Source of the DNA: Myxococcota bacterium
Lineage (GTDB): Bacteria; Myxococcota_A; UBA9160; UBA6930
Direction: 5' to 3'
NCBI GenBank assembly: GCA_028277885.1
Contig: JANQFK010000022.1
Coordinates: forward strand, 1,207 to 65,206
Length of the DNA: 64,000 nt
Below, one piece after another: positions 40,925 through 52,002 of the stretch (its first letter is position 1; every line of letters begins with the position of its first letter). A program made the position numbers and the translations under genes. The notes beneath the pieces are model-generated. The model saw nothing but the letters and a program-made list of their open reading frames with translations, was not told the DNA's origin and did no database searches.

Positions 40925-42117
40925 GGCCGGCTCCGGGCGAGCTCCGCGCTCTCCACCGCGATGCGCACCGCCATGCCGTCCACCGCGGCGGAGAGCGGCG
41001 ACACGCAGACCTGCTCGCCTGCGCGGAGACCCGCGCCGATCACGACGCGCTCGCGCTCGGTGCGCAGCACCTCGACGTCGCGGAAGCGCAGGCGTCCCTC
41101 GGCGTCCACCACCAGCACGCGGTCGCCCTCGCGCAGGGCGGCGCGGGGCAGCACCACCGCGTCCGCGACCGAGCGGCCCTCGATCTCCGCCTCCACGAAC
41201 AGGCCCACGGCGAGCGGCGGCGCGGCGCCGGCCTCGCCGCGGCCGTAGGGGTCCTCCACCCGCGCGACGGCGTTCACCATCCGGCTGCGCGGGTCGATCT
41301 CGCCCTCGGTGCGCACGATGCGTCCCGTCCACACCTGGGACGCGCCGGCGAACTCGGCTCGCAGCTTCACCGTCGGGCCCGCCTCGTGGGCCTCGGGCTC
41401 GGCGGCGGCGGCGCGGCGGCCGAGGGGCAGGTCGAGGAAGGCGAGCTCGCGGTCCGGCAGCGGCAGGCGCACCTCGGCCCAGTCGACGGCGTAGAGGGTC
41501 GCCACCGAGACGCCCCGGGAGACGAACTGGCCCACGTCGACGCGCTCCTCGCGCACGCGGCCCGCGTAGGGGGCGACGAGCTCGGTGCGCTCGAGGTCCC
41601 GCTCGGCCCGGGTCACCCGGGCGCGGGCCTCGCGCAGCGCGGCCTGGGCCACGCGGGCGGCGTTCTCCGCGTCGTCGATGCGGGCCTGGCTGGTCACCGA
41701 CTGGGCGGCGAGGCGGCGCTGGCGCTCGAGCTCCTTGCGGGCGCGGGCGGCCTCGCTCGACGTGCGCGCCACGGCGGCGCGGGCGCTCTCGAGCTCGATC
41801 TCGTAGTCGGTGCGCTCGACGCGCAGCAGCGGCTCCCCCTCCTCGAAGGAGCCCCCCGAGACCAGGCCCGGGGAGAGCCACACCACCTCGCCCGACACCT
41901 GGGGCACCAGCTCGCTCTCGGTGCGCGGCACCACGGTGCCCTGGGTGTGGACCGCGAAGCGGACGGGCTCGGGCGCGACCGTCACGACGCGCACCAGCGG
42001 GGCCACCGCCTCGGGCGGCTCCGGCTCCACCACCGGCCGCGTGAGCCAGACCAGCGCCGTGGCGAGCAGCCCGGCGCCGAGGACGTAGAGGGCGATCACG
42101 GCCTTGCGGAAGCTCAT
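40921..42117 (-). CDS. RND efflux periplasmic adaptor (MFP)
   Basis: N-terminal TM, PQVSGEV, LVAPYAGRV, VDVGQFV; coupled to both neighbours by 4-nt overlaps. Confidence 0.93.
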
Positions 42118-42830
42118 GCGGATCCTCCTTCGGGCGCCGGGGCGGCCGGCCGCGTCGCGCGCATCCCGGCGGCGACGAAGTCCAGCATCCGCTGAAGCAG
42201 GCTCTCGTCGGAGAGCTCGCCGAGGTCGAGGGGCGTGCCCGGCACGGACTCGAGGTGGCCCGCCATCACGTGCACCATCACGCCCACGGTGAACTGCCAG
42301 CCGAGTGCGATCGCCTCGGGGCCGTGGCCCGGCAGGGCGCGATCCAGTGCGCCCATGAAGCGGGCCCCGATGCTGCTGAACATCTCGCGCTTGATGGCGT
42401 TCACGAGCTCCGGCGGATCGGAGTAGAGCCGCGCCGCGACGCGCCGGTAGCGCATGCGGGACTCGACGCTCGCCGAGCGCATCTCGAAGCCGGGGCGCAG
42501 GAAGGCGTCGAGGACGGCCTCGAGCGAGGGGCGGGCGCCGTCGGCCTCCAGGGCGTCGAGGCGCTCGATCCGCAGCCGGTTCACCGGCTCGAGGCGCCGC
42601 ATCAGGGTCGCGCGGAGCAGGCCCTCCTTGGAGCCGAAGTGGTAGTTGACCGCCGAGAGGCTCGAGGCGGCGGCGCTCGTGATCGCGCGCATCGAGGTCC
42701 CCTCGAAGCCGCGCTCGGCGAACAGGTCCTCGGCGGCGTCGAGCAGGCGCTCCCGGGTGTCCTGGCCGCGATCGGGGCTGCCGGAGCCGTCCGGGGTCTC
42801 GGTGGGGGTGGGCTGGATCTCGCTGGCCAA
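42114..42830 (-). CDS. TetR/AcrR family transcriptional regulator
   Basis: TRERLLDAAEDLFAERGFEGTSMRAIT...AVNYHFGSKEGL; TTG start at 42830 after GGAG. Confidence 0.9.
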   Translation of the reverse strand: MASEIQPTPTETPDGSGSPDRGQDTRERLLDAAEDLFAERGFEGTSMRAITSAAASSLSAVNYHFGSKEGLLRATLMRRLEPVNRLRIERLDALEADGARPSLEAVLDAFLRPGFEMRSASVESRMRYRRVAARLYSDPPELVNAIKREMFSSIGARFMGALDRALPGHGPEAIALGWQFTVGVMVHVMAGHLESVPGTPLDLGELSDESLLQRMLDFVAAGMRATRPAAPAPEGGSA

Positions 42831-42877
42831 ACGGCGTCTCCAAACGGGCGGGCTCCCATGGGCGCTCGGGAGCCCTC

Positions 42878-42920
42878 GAACGGTCGTTCGGAACGTACGT
42901 TCCAGATCTGAAGCTGTCAA
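42878..42920 (-). promoter_or_regulatory. Sigma70 promoter TTGACA-N17-TACGTT overlapped by two tandem palindromes (putative TetR operator)
   Basis: -35 at 42920-42915 and -10 at 42897-42892; GGAACGTACGTTCC (42890-42903) and GAACGGTCGTTC (42878-42889). Confidence 0.75.
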
Positions 42921-43049
42921 ATCGGGGGAGGGGGGCCGCGCCTCGGGAGCGGGGCGGCCGGGACGGCCGCCGGCGGGCTTCCTGGGGCCTAGCTGGCGGG
43001 CCGGGCGCAGCCCAGCGGCGGCTCCGGATGTGGGGGCCATCGGGGGCGG

Positions 43050-44033
43050 CTACTCGTCGCCACCGCCTCCGGCCGCCCGGCTGATCTGCTCCGCCTTGAT
43101 CTTCCCGGGCTCGAACTTCGCTGCCTTGTCCTGCATGTGGTCGAGCAGGCCCTCGACGTCGGGCGCGGGCTTGCCCCGGGGCCGGAAGGGCCGGATGCGC
43201 GCCACCACGAAGTTGCGCAGGTAGGGGCTGTCGAAGCCCCGCTCCTTCAGCCCGGCGATGATCCCGGTCACCTGGGCGTCGATGGCGAGCAGCCGCTCGG
43301 CCCAGCCCGCGCGGCGCTCGAGGGCCGCCGCGATGCCGCCGTCGGAGAACGCGTCGCTGGCGCGCAGCGCCGGCGCGTAGGCGCCCCCGGCGAAGCGCGC
43401 CCGCCCCTCGTAGCAGAGGCCCAGGGTGACGAGGGCCGCCTCCTCGAGCTCGAGGGCGTAGCGGCTCTCGGGCGCTTCGGGCTCCGCCTCGGCCAGCCCG
43501 CGCGCCATGCGCACGGCCTCGAGGGCGCGCTCCTTCACCGTGTGGGCCTTCTCGGTGTTGAGGGCGAGGATGCGGTAGGCGAGGGCGGGGTCCGCGGAGA
43601 CGAGGGCGGTCACGCTCCTCGCGCCGAGGCGCGTGAGCGCGGTCAGCCGGTGCAGCCCGTTGGGGGTCCAGAAGCGCACGGGCGCGGGGGTGGCGTCCGG
43701 CGCCGGCACCGCGACCAGCGGATCCAGGAACACGTCGAGCTTCTCGATCACGTCGGTGAGCCGCTTGGCGTGGGCGTCGGAGAGGTCGCGCTGGAAGGGC
43801 GTGGGCGCCACGCTCTCGACGGGGAGCGCGGCGAGGGCCAGCCAGTGGCCGCCGAGGGGGTCGCGGTAGTGGGCCAGCGCGCTCCCGCCGGCCTCGCGGA
43901 TCGCGTCGTCCAGGGCCTCGGCGGCGGCGGGCGGGTCGCCGGCCGCCACCTCGGCCGCGGCCAGCCCGCGCGAGCCCGGCTCCGCGGCCTTCTTCCGCGT
44001 GGTCTTCCGCGTCGCCTTCTTTCTCGCCGCCAC
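43050..44033 (-). CDS. ParB/Srx N-terminal domain protein with Lys-rich N-terminal tail
   Basis: VAPTPFQRDLS...LDPLVAV...TPNGLHRL...ALNTEK; RBS GGAGG before GTG 44033. Confidence 0.85.
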   Translation of the reverse strand: MAARKKATRKTTRKKAAEPGSRGLAAAEVAAGDPPAAAEALDDAIREAGGSALAHYRDPLGGHWLALAALPVESVAPTPFQRDLSDAHAKRLTDVIEKLDVFLDPLVAVPAPDATPAPVRFWTPNGLHRLTALTRLGARSVTALVSADPALAYRILALNTEKAHTVKERALEAVRMARGLAEAEPEAPESRYALELEEAALVTLGLCYEGRARFAGGAYAPALRASDAFSDGGIAAALERRAGWAERLLAIDAQVTGIIAGLKERGFDSPYLRNFVVARIRPFRPRGKPAPDVEGLLDHMQDKAAKFEPGKIKAEQISRAAGGGGDE

Positions 44034-44069
44034 CGGGCACCTCCCCGAGCGAGCATATAAGATCGCGTC

Positions 44070-45080
44070 ATGATCCAACGCGCGGTCCTCGCGGCGGCGC
44101 GCGCCCACGGCCTCGCGGGTCGGCGGGTCCTGGTCGCCGTCTCCGGCGGCGTCGACTCCACGGTGCTGCTGCATCTGCTGCGCGAGGGCGCGACGGCCCT
44201 CGACCTCGAGCTCGCCGTGGGCCACGTCGACCACGGGCTGCGCGGCGCGGCCTCGGCGGCCGACGCCGAGTTCGTGGGCCGGCTGGCGGCGAAGCTCGAC
44301 CTGCCGTTCCTGTCGGCCCGGGTGGCGCCCGGGTCGCTCCGCGCGGGCCGCCCCAGCCGCGCGCGTCCGACCCTCCAGGAGGCCGCGCGGCGCGCCCGCT
44401 ACGACGCGCTGGACGGGCTGGCCCGCCGCACCGGCGCCGAGCGGATCGCCACCGCCCACACCGCGGACGACCAGGCGGAGACGGTGCTGCTGCGGCTGCT
44501 GCGCGGTGCCGGCCCCGACGGCCTGGGCGGCATCCCGGAGCGCTCCCCGGACGGCCGGCTGGTGCGACCGCTCCTGGGCGTGACCCGGGCGCAGATCCTC
44601 GCCTGGGCCGGAGAGCGGGGCATCGACTGGCGCGAGGACCCCAGCAACGCGGACCCACGCTTCGCCCGGGCGCGGCTGCGCGGCCGGTGGCTTCCGGGCC
44701 TCGCCGAGGAGTTCAACCCGCGGCTGCTCAGGGCCCTCGCCGATCTGGCCGAAGCGCAACGCAGGGACGCGGAGTGGATCGACGCGTGGGTGGAGCACGA
44801 GGCGGCGAGGCGGCTCCGGATGGAGCCCGACGGGCTGGCCATCGAGGCCGGGGGGTGGTCCGCGCTTCCCGAGGCCCTGGCGCGGCGCCTGGCGCGCCGT
44901 GCGCTCCGCGAGCTGGGTGGCGGGCGTGAGGTCTCCCGCACCCATCTCCATCGCATGCTGGAGTTCCTCCGCAGCGGCCGGCGGGGCGCCGAGCTCCAGT
45001 TCCCTGGGGGAATCGTGCTTCGCCGGGGCCGCGACGGGTTCCGCCTCTCGCGGCCGGTGGGGCGCGATGGCTCCGGCTAG
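44070..45080 (+). CDS. tilS: tRNA(Ile)-lysidine synthase TilS
   Basis: VAVSGGVDS, HVDHGLR, AARRARY, TAHTADDQAET, RPLL, EDPSN. Confidence 0.95.
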   Translation: MIQRAVLAAARAHGLAGRRVLVAVSGGVDSTVLLHLLREGATALDLELAVGHVDHGLRGAASAADAEFVGRLAAKLDLPFLSARVAPGSLRAGRPSRARPTLQEAARRARYDALDGLARRTGAERIATAHTADDQAETVLLRLLRGAGPDGLGGIPERSPDGRLVRPLLGVTRAQILAWAGERGIDWREDPSNADPRFARARLRGRWLPGLAEEFNPRLLRALADLAEAQRRDAEWIDAWVEHEAARRLRMEPDGLAIEAGGWSALPEALARRLARRALRELGGGREVSRTHLHRMLEFLRSGRRGAELQFPGGIVLRRGRDGFRLSRPVGRDGSG

Positions 45081-45230
45081 GACCCGCGGGGGTGCGGCGC
45101 CACGGCGCATGCTACCCTCCGGATGCTCCCAAGCATCAGAAGGATCGAGGACGGGCAGCCCCGGGGGGAGCAGCGAGGACACTCGTCGGCCCCATCGTCC
45201 CCGGGTGGAGAAGCGGCGCCAGGAGACCAA

Positions 45231-47147
<1,917 letters not shown>

Positions 47148-47186
47148 CCCCGAGCGCGCCGAGGACCGCCTCCCAGGGAGAAGCCC

Positions 47187-48053
47187 GTGACCCAGCACCC
47201 GACGATCCTCCCGCGCGACCGCGTGACGATCGTCGGGGTGCTGAACGTCACCCCCGACTCCTTCTCCGACGGCGGCCGCTTCGTGGGCGACACCGGCCTC
47301 GACCTCGAGGCCGCCGTGGCGGCGGGCGCCGCCCTGGCGGCCGAGGGCGCCCGCTGGATCGACGTGGGCGGCGAGTCGACCCGGCCCGGCTCGCGCGCCG
47401 TCCCCGTGGAGGAGGAGATCGCGCGCACGCGACCGGTGATCGAGGCGCTCGCCAAGGAGCTCCCGGTCCCGCTCTCCATCGACACCCGCAAGGCCGAGGT
47501 CGCCGAGGCCGCCCTCGAGGCCGGCGCCCGGGTGGTGAACGACGTCTCCGGCGGCGCCCACGACCCGGCGCTGCTCGCCGTGGCGGCGCGCGCCGGCGCC
47601 GGGCTCGTCCTCGGGCACCTGCGCGGCGAGCCCGCCACCATGCAGGATGGGATCGCGTTCGACGACGTGGTGGCCGAGGTGGGGGACGAGCTCGAGGCCG
47701 CCGTGTCCCGGGCGCGGGACGCGGGCGTGCCCCGCGCCCGCCTCGCCGTCGACCCCGGCATCGGGTTCGGCAAGCAGCTCGACCACAACCTCGCGCTGCT
47801 CGCCAACGTGGGAGCGCTGCGCCGGCGCCTGGGTCTGCCGGTCCTGGTCGGTCCCTCGCGCAAGTCCTTCCTCGGCGCCCTCACCGGGGATCCGGCCGCC
47901 GAGCGCGACCTCGCCAGCCACGCGGCCTGCGCGGTGGCGATCTTCGCCGGCGCCGACGCGGTGCGGGTCCACGACGTGGCCGGGGCGCGGCGCGCCGTCG
48001 CCGTCGCCGAGGCGCTGCGTGGCGCGCGCGCGGCGGGGGAGGGGGCGGCGTGA
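47187..48053 (+). CDS. folP: Dihydropteroate synthase
   Basis: GVLNVTPDSFSDGG, GGESTRPG, DPGIGFGK, SRKS, RVHDV. Confidence 0.96.
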   Translation: MTQHPTILPRDRVTIVGVLNVTPDSFSDGGRFVGDTGLDLEAAVAAGAALAAEGARWIDVGGESTRPGSRAVPVEEEIARTRPVIEALAKELPVPLSIDTRKAEVAEAALEAGARVVNDVSGGAHDPALLAVAARAGAGLVLGHLRGEPATMQDGIAFDDVVAEVGDELEAAVSRARDAGVPRARLAVDPGIGFGKQLDHNLALLANVGALRRRLGLPVLVGPSRKSFLGALTGDPAAERDLASHAACAVAIFAGADAVRVHDVAGARRAVAVAEALRGARAAGEGAA

Positions 48054-48949
48054 TCGAGTTCCTGTGGCAGCGCGTGAGCGACCTGGCCTCGGACCTGCTC
48101 GCCTTCCTGACGTCGAGCTTCGATCCGTTCCGCGACACCCTCGACATCGTCCTGGTGTTCCTGGCCGTCTACTGGGTGCTGCTGCTCATCAAGGGCACCC
48201 GCGCCGTGCAGATCCTCGTCGGCGTGCTGGCGCTGATCGCGGCGCGGCTGGTGGCCGAGCTCGCCCAGCTCGCCACCCTGTCCTGGATCCTCGACACCTT
48301 CTTCGTCTACGGCGTCCTGATCATCATCATCATCTTCCAGGCCGACATCCGGCGCGCCCTGGCCCGGGTCGGACGCGGCTTCTTCCGCGGCGTCTCCGAG
48401 CACCAGGAGTCCCAGATCCTCGAGGAGATCGTGCGCGCCGCCCAGGTGCTGGCCCAGAAGCGGGTGGGCGCCCTCATCGCGCTGGAGCGGATGAGCGGCC
48501 TGGAGGACCTGATCGAGGCGGGCACGCCGCTCGATGCGGTGGTGTCGAAGGAGCTCCTCACGGCGATCTTCCTGCCCTACTCGCCGCTCCACGACGGCGC
48601 CGTGGTGGTGGGCGGCGGGCGGGTCACCCACGCGGGCTGCATCCTGCCCCTCACCCTGCGCACCGACCTGCCCGAGGGCGTCGGCACCCGGCACCGCGCC
48701 GCGGTGGGGATCACCGAGGAGAGCGACGCGGTGGTGATCGTGGTCTCCGAGGAGACCGCCGCGATCTCGGTGGTGGTGGGGGGCGAGCTGATCCACGGCC
48801 TCGACGCCCCGCGCCTGCGCGAGGTGCTGCGCGACCTGTTCGTGCGCGGGGACGGCAGCGGCGAGGCCGAGCCCGACGCGCCCGAGCCCGAGCCCCCGGG
48901 CTCGGAGGCCGCCCCCGGTGCGGCCGCCGATCTCGAATCCACCGGCTAG
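48050..48949 (+). CDS. cdaA: Diadenylate cyclase CdaA
   Basis: Three TMs, PLHDGAV and GTRHRAA catalytic motifs, VSEET. Confidence 0.95.
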   Translation: MIEFLWQRVSDLASDLLAFLTSSFDPFRDTLDIVLVFLAVYWVLLLIKGTRAVQILVGVLALIAARLVAELAQLATLSWILDTFFVYGVLIIIIIFQADIRRALARVGRGFFRGVSEHQESQILEEIVRAAQVLAQKRVGALIALERMSGLEDLIEAGTPLDAVVSKELLTAIFLPYSPLHDGAVVVGGGRVTHAGCILPLTLRTDLPEGVGTRHRAAVGITEESDAVVIVVSEETAAISVVVGGELIHGLDAPRLREVLRDLFVRGDGSGEAEPDAPEPEPPGSEAAPGAAADLESTG

Positions 48950-48973
48950 CATGTCGCGCGGGGGGAACCTGAG

Positions 48974-49660
48974 GTGAGGTGGCTCTACGCCAACCCGGGC
49001 TACAAGCTGCTCGCGCTGGCGATCGCGCTCGGCCTGTGGGGTCTCTCCCACAGCTCCTCGGACGAGGAGCGGGGCATCGAGGTGCCCGTGGTGATCACCG
49101 GGGTTCCCGAGGACCTGGTCGTCACCGAGAAGAGCGCCGAGGAGGTCAACCTGCGCGTGATGGGCACCCGCGCCGCCCTGCGCAACCTCGCCGCCGGCGA
49201 GCTCGAGTACCCCATCGACCTCTCGGGCGCGAAGCCCGGTGAGACCGTGGTGGAGGTGGAGGCGGAGTCCCTGAACCTGCCCCGGGGCACCCGCGTGGTG
49301 CGCCGCTCCCCCTCCCAGGTGGCCCTGTCCCTCTCGCGGCGGGGCAGCCGCTCCGTCGAGGTCCGGGTGGACGTGGAGGGCGAGCCCGCCGAGGGCCACC
49401 GCATCACGGCGGTCGAGGTGGAGCCCCCGCGGGTCCGAATCACCGGCGCACGCGCGGAGGTGCTTCGGTTGAGCGCCGTGATGACCGAAACGGTGGATGT
49501 GAACGGTGCCGAAGCCGACGTCGAGCGCGAGGTGCGGCTCTCCCTGGGCCAGGGGAACGTGTGGCTCGAGGAGCCCACCAAGATCCAGGTGAAGGTGCGC
49601 ATCGCCACCGAGCCCACCGAGGCCGAGGGGGCCGGGGCCGAGCCCGAGGAGACGGCGTGA
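48974..49660 (+). CDS. cdaR: CdaR/YbbR-like regulator
   Basis: N-terminal KLLALAIALGLW TM and two YbbR-like beta repeats; located between cdaA and glmM. Confidence 0.88.
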   Translation: MRWLYANPGYKLLALAIALGLWGLSHSSSDEERGIEVPVVITGVPEDLVVTEKSAEEVNLRVMGTRAALRNLAAGELEYPIDLSGAKPGETVVEVEAESLNLPRGTRVVRRSPSQVALSLSRRGSRSVEVRVDVEGEPAEGHRITAVEVEPPRVRITGARAEVLRLSAVMTETVDVNGAEADVEREVRLSLGQGNVWLEEPTKIQVKVRIATEPTEAEGAGAEPEETA

Positions 49661-51036
49661 GCTCCCGTGGCCGGCTCTCCCTGTTCGGGACCGACGGCGT
49701 GCGCGGCACCGCCAACGTCTACCCGATGACCGCCGAGATGGCCCTCGCCCTGGGCCAGGCCGTGGCCCACGTGTTCCGCGGGGGCGGCAACGGCAACCAC
49801 CGCATCCTGATCGGCAAGGACACCCGGCTCTCGGGCTATATGTTCGAGGACGCCCTGGCGGCGGGCATCTCCTCCATGGGGGTGAACGTGATCCAGGTCG
49901 GCCCGATGCCGACCCCGGGCATGGCGTTCCTCACCGCCGACATGCGCTGCGACGCCGGCGTGATGATCTCCGCCAGCCACAACGGCTACCGCGACAACGG
50001 CATCAAGTTCTTCGGCGCCGACGGCTACAAGCTCGCCGACGAGCTCGAGGACCGCATCGAGGACCTGATCGCCTCGGGCGAGCTCGACGGCCTGCGCGCG
50101 GGGCCCGACGACATCGGGCGCGCCCGGCGCATCGAGGACGCCGAGGGGCGCTACGTGGTCTTCCTCAAGAAGACCTTCCCGCGGGACCTCACCCTCGACG
50201 GCCTGCGGGTGGTGCTCGACTGCGCCAACGGCGCCGCCTACAAGGTGGGCCCCACGGTGCTCGAGGAGCTGGGCGCCGAGGTCTTCACCATGGGGGTGGA
50301 GCCGAACGGTCGCAACATCAACCGGGACTGCGGCTCGCTCTATCCCGAGAAGGTGGCGGCCCGGGTGCGCGAGCTGCGTGCCGACGTGGGCATCGCCCTC
50401 GACGGCGACGCGGACCGCTGCGTGGTGGTCTCCGAGCGCGGCGAGGTGGTGGACGGCGACGCCGTGCTGGCCCTGTGCGCCCGGGACCTGGCCATGCGGG
50501 GCGAGCTCAAGGGCGGCAGCGTGGTGGCCACGGTGATGAGCAACCTCGGCCTCGAGAAGGCGCTCGAGGAGCTGGGGGTGGGCCTGGTGCGCACCCAGGT
50601 GGGCGACCGCTACGTCGTCGAGGCCATGCGCAATGGCGGCTACAACCTGGGCGGCGAGCAGTCCGGCCACATCGTCTACCTCGACCACAACACCACCGGC
50701 GACGGGCTGCTCACGGGGCTCCAGACCCTGGCGATCATGCGTCGCGCCGAGCGGCCGCTCTCGGAGCTGGCCGGCCACATCAAGCGCTTCCCCCAGGCCC
50801 TCGTGAACGTCACCGTGGCGGAGAAGCGGCCCCTCGAGTCGCTGCCCGACTTCCAGGAGTCGGTCCGCAAGGTGGAGGACCGCCTCGCCGGCCGCGGGCG
50901 CGTGCTGATCCGCTACAGCGGCACCGAGCCCAAGGCGCGGGTGATGGTCGAGGGCGACGACGAGGCCCAGGTGAACGAGCTCGCCGAGGACCTGGCCGCG
51001 AGGCTCCAGCGCGCGCTCGCCGGGGCGGGAGCCTAG
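49657..51036 (+). CDS. glmM: Phosphoglucosamine mutase
   Basis: FGTDGVRG, GKDTRLSG, SASHN, DGDADR, GGEQSGH, RYSGTEP. Confidence 0.97.
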   Translation: MSSRGRLSLFGTDGVRGTANVYPMTAEMALALGQAVAHVFRGGGNGNHRILIGKDTRLSGYMFEDALAAGISSMGVNVIQVGPMPTPGMAFLTADMRCDAGVMISASHNGYRDNGIKFFGADGYKLADELEDRIEDLIASGELDGLRAGPDDIGRARRIEDAEGRYVVFLKKTFPRDLTLDGLRVVLDCANGAAYKVGPTVLEELGAEVFTMGVEPNGRNINRDCGSLYPEKVAARVRELRADVGIALDGDADRCVVVSERGEVVDGDAVLALCARDLAMRGELKGGSVVATVMSNLGLEKALEELGVGLVRTQVGDRYVVEAMRNGGYNLGGEQSGHIVYLDHNTTGDGLLTGLQTLAIMRRAERPLSELAGHIKRFPQALVNVTVAEKRPLESLPDFQESVRKVEDRLAGRGRVLIRYSGTEPKARVMVEGDDEAQVNELAEDLAARLQRALAGAGA

Positions 51037-51038
51037 GG

Positions 51039-51746
51039 ATGCCGCGCCTCACCGTCGTGCTCGACGCCGTGGCCGCGCTGCGCGAGGCCGCCGACGCGCC
51101 GGACGCCGATCCCACGGCCTCGGCGACCCTGGCCGAGCTCGCCGGCGCCGACGCGCTGCAGCTGGGCGTCTGCGAGGAGCTGCGTCCCGTGGGCGAGTCC
51201 GACGTGCGCCAGGTGCGTCGCGCCGCATCGGCGCTCGAGCTGCGCATGGCGCCGGCGCCGGGCCTGCTCAAGCTGGCCCTCGAGGTCCAGCCGGATCGCG
51301 TGGTGCTGGCCAGCGAGGCCAGCTCCGGCGGCGGCCGCGCCGCGCCCCTCGACTTCCGCTCCTGGGGCACCGCCATCGCGCCCGCCGCGCGCACGCTGCG
51401 CGAGGCGGGCATCCGGGTGGGGGCGCTCGTCACTCCCGAGCTCGACGCCGTGAAGGCGGCCCACGCCGCCGACCTCGAGGCCGTGGACCTCTACACCGGC
51501 TCGGTGGTGGACCTGCCCGCCGCCGAGCGCGCCGGCGCCGCGGAGACCCTCGGCGACGCCGCCCGCCTGGCGGCGAAGCTGCGCCTCGGCGTGGGGCTCT
51601 CCGGCGGGCTCGGCTTCCGCAGCCTGGGCTGGCTGCTGCCGGCGCTGCCCAGCGTGCAGCGCATCGCCGTGGGCCGCGCCTTCGCGGCGCGCGCGCTGCT
51701 GGTGGGCATCGACCGAGCGATCCGGGATCTGCGGCAGGCCTTCTGA
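51039..51746 (+). CDS. pdxJ: Pyridoxine 5'-phosphate synthase (PdxJ) family protein with degenerate active site
   Basis: Collinear with PdxJ ([13 protein letters not shown], GRALxxG-like C-terminus) and in the usual position after glmM, but catalytic residues are substituted. Confidence 0.8.
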   Translation: MPRLTVVLDAVAALREAADAPDADPTASATLAELAGADALQLGVCEELRPVGESDVRQVRRAASALELRMAPAPGLLKLALEVQPDRVVLASEASSGGGRAAPLDFRSWGTAIAPAARTLREAGIRVGALVTPELDAVKAAHAADLEAVDLYTGSVVDLPAAERAGAAETLGDAARLAAKLRLGVGLSGGLGFRSLGWLLPALPSVQRIAVGRAFAARALLVGIDRAIRDLRQAF

Positions 51747-51750
51747 ACCT

Positions 51751-51870
51751 CAGGGCTCTCTGAACTCCGCAGGGGCTTCGCCCCTGCTGCGCGCGCAGCC
51801 CGCCGGAGGCGGGCCGCGCTTGCATGCTTGCCCTCGCACACGCCGGGGTGGGCTCGCGTCCTTCGGACGC
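51751..51870. repeat. Cluster of short perfect hairpins (REP/MITE-like or structured RNA)
   Basis: GCAGGGGC-TTC-GCCCCTGC (51769-51787), palindrome GCTGCGCGCGCAGC (51786-51799), GCCCGCC-GGA-GGCGGGC (51798-51814), GCGTCC-TTC-GGACGC (51856-51870). Confidence 0.55.
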
Positions 51871-52002
51871 TCGTTCTCGCGGGCGATTCCATCCTGGCGC
51901 GAGGCCTCCTCGTTCGGGCTCCGTCTTGGCGTGCGGCTTCTGCTTCGCGGGCTGGAGGCCGTGCGGGGGGACCCTCGTGCGGGTGCGTGCTAAGACCCCG
52001 GC

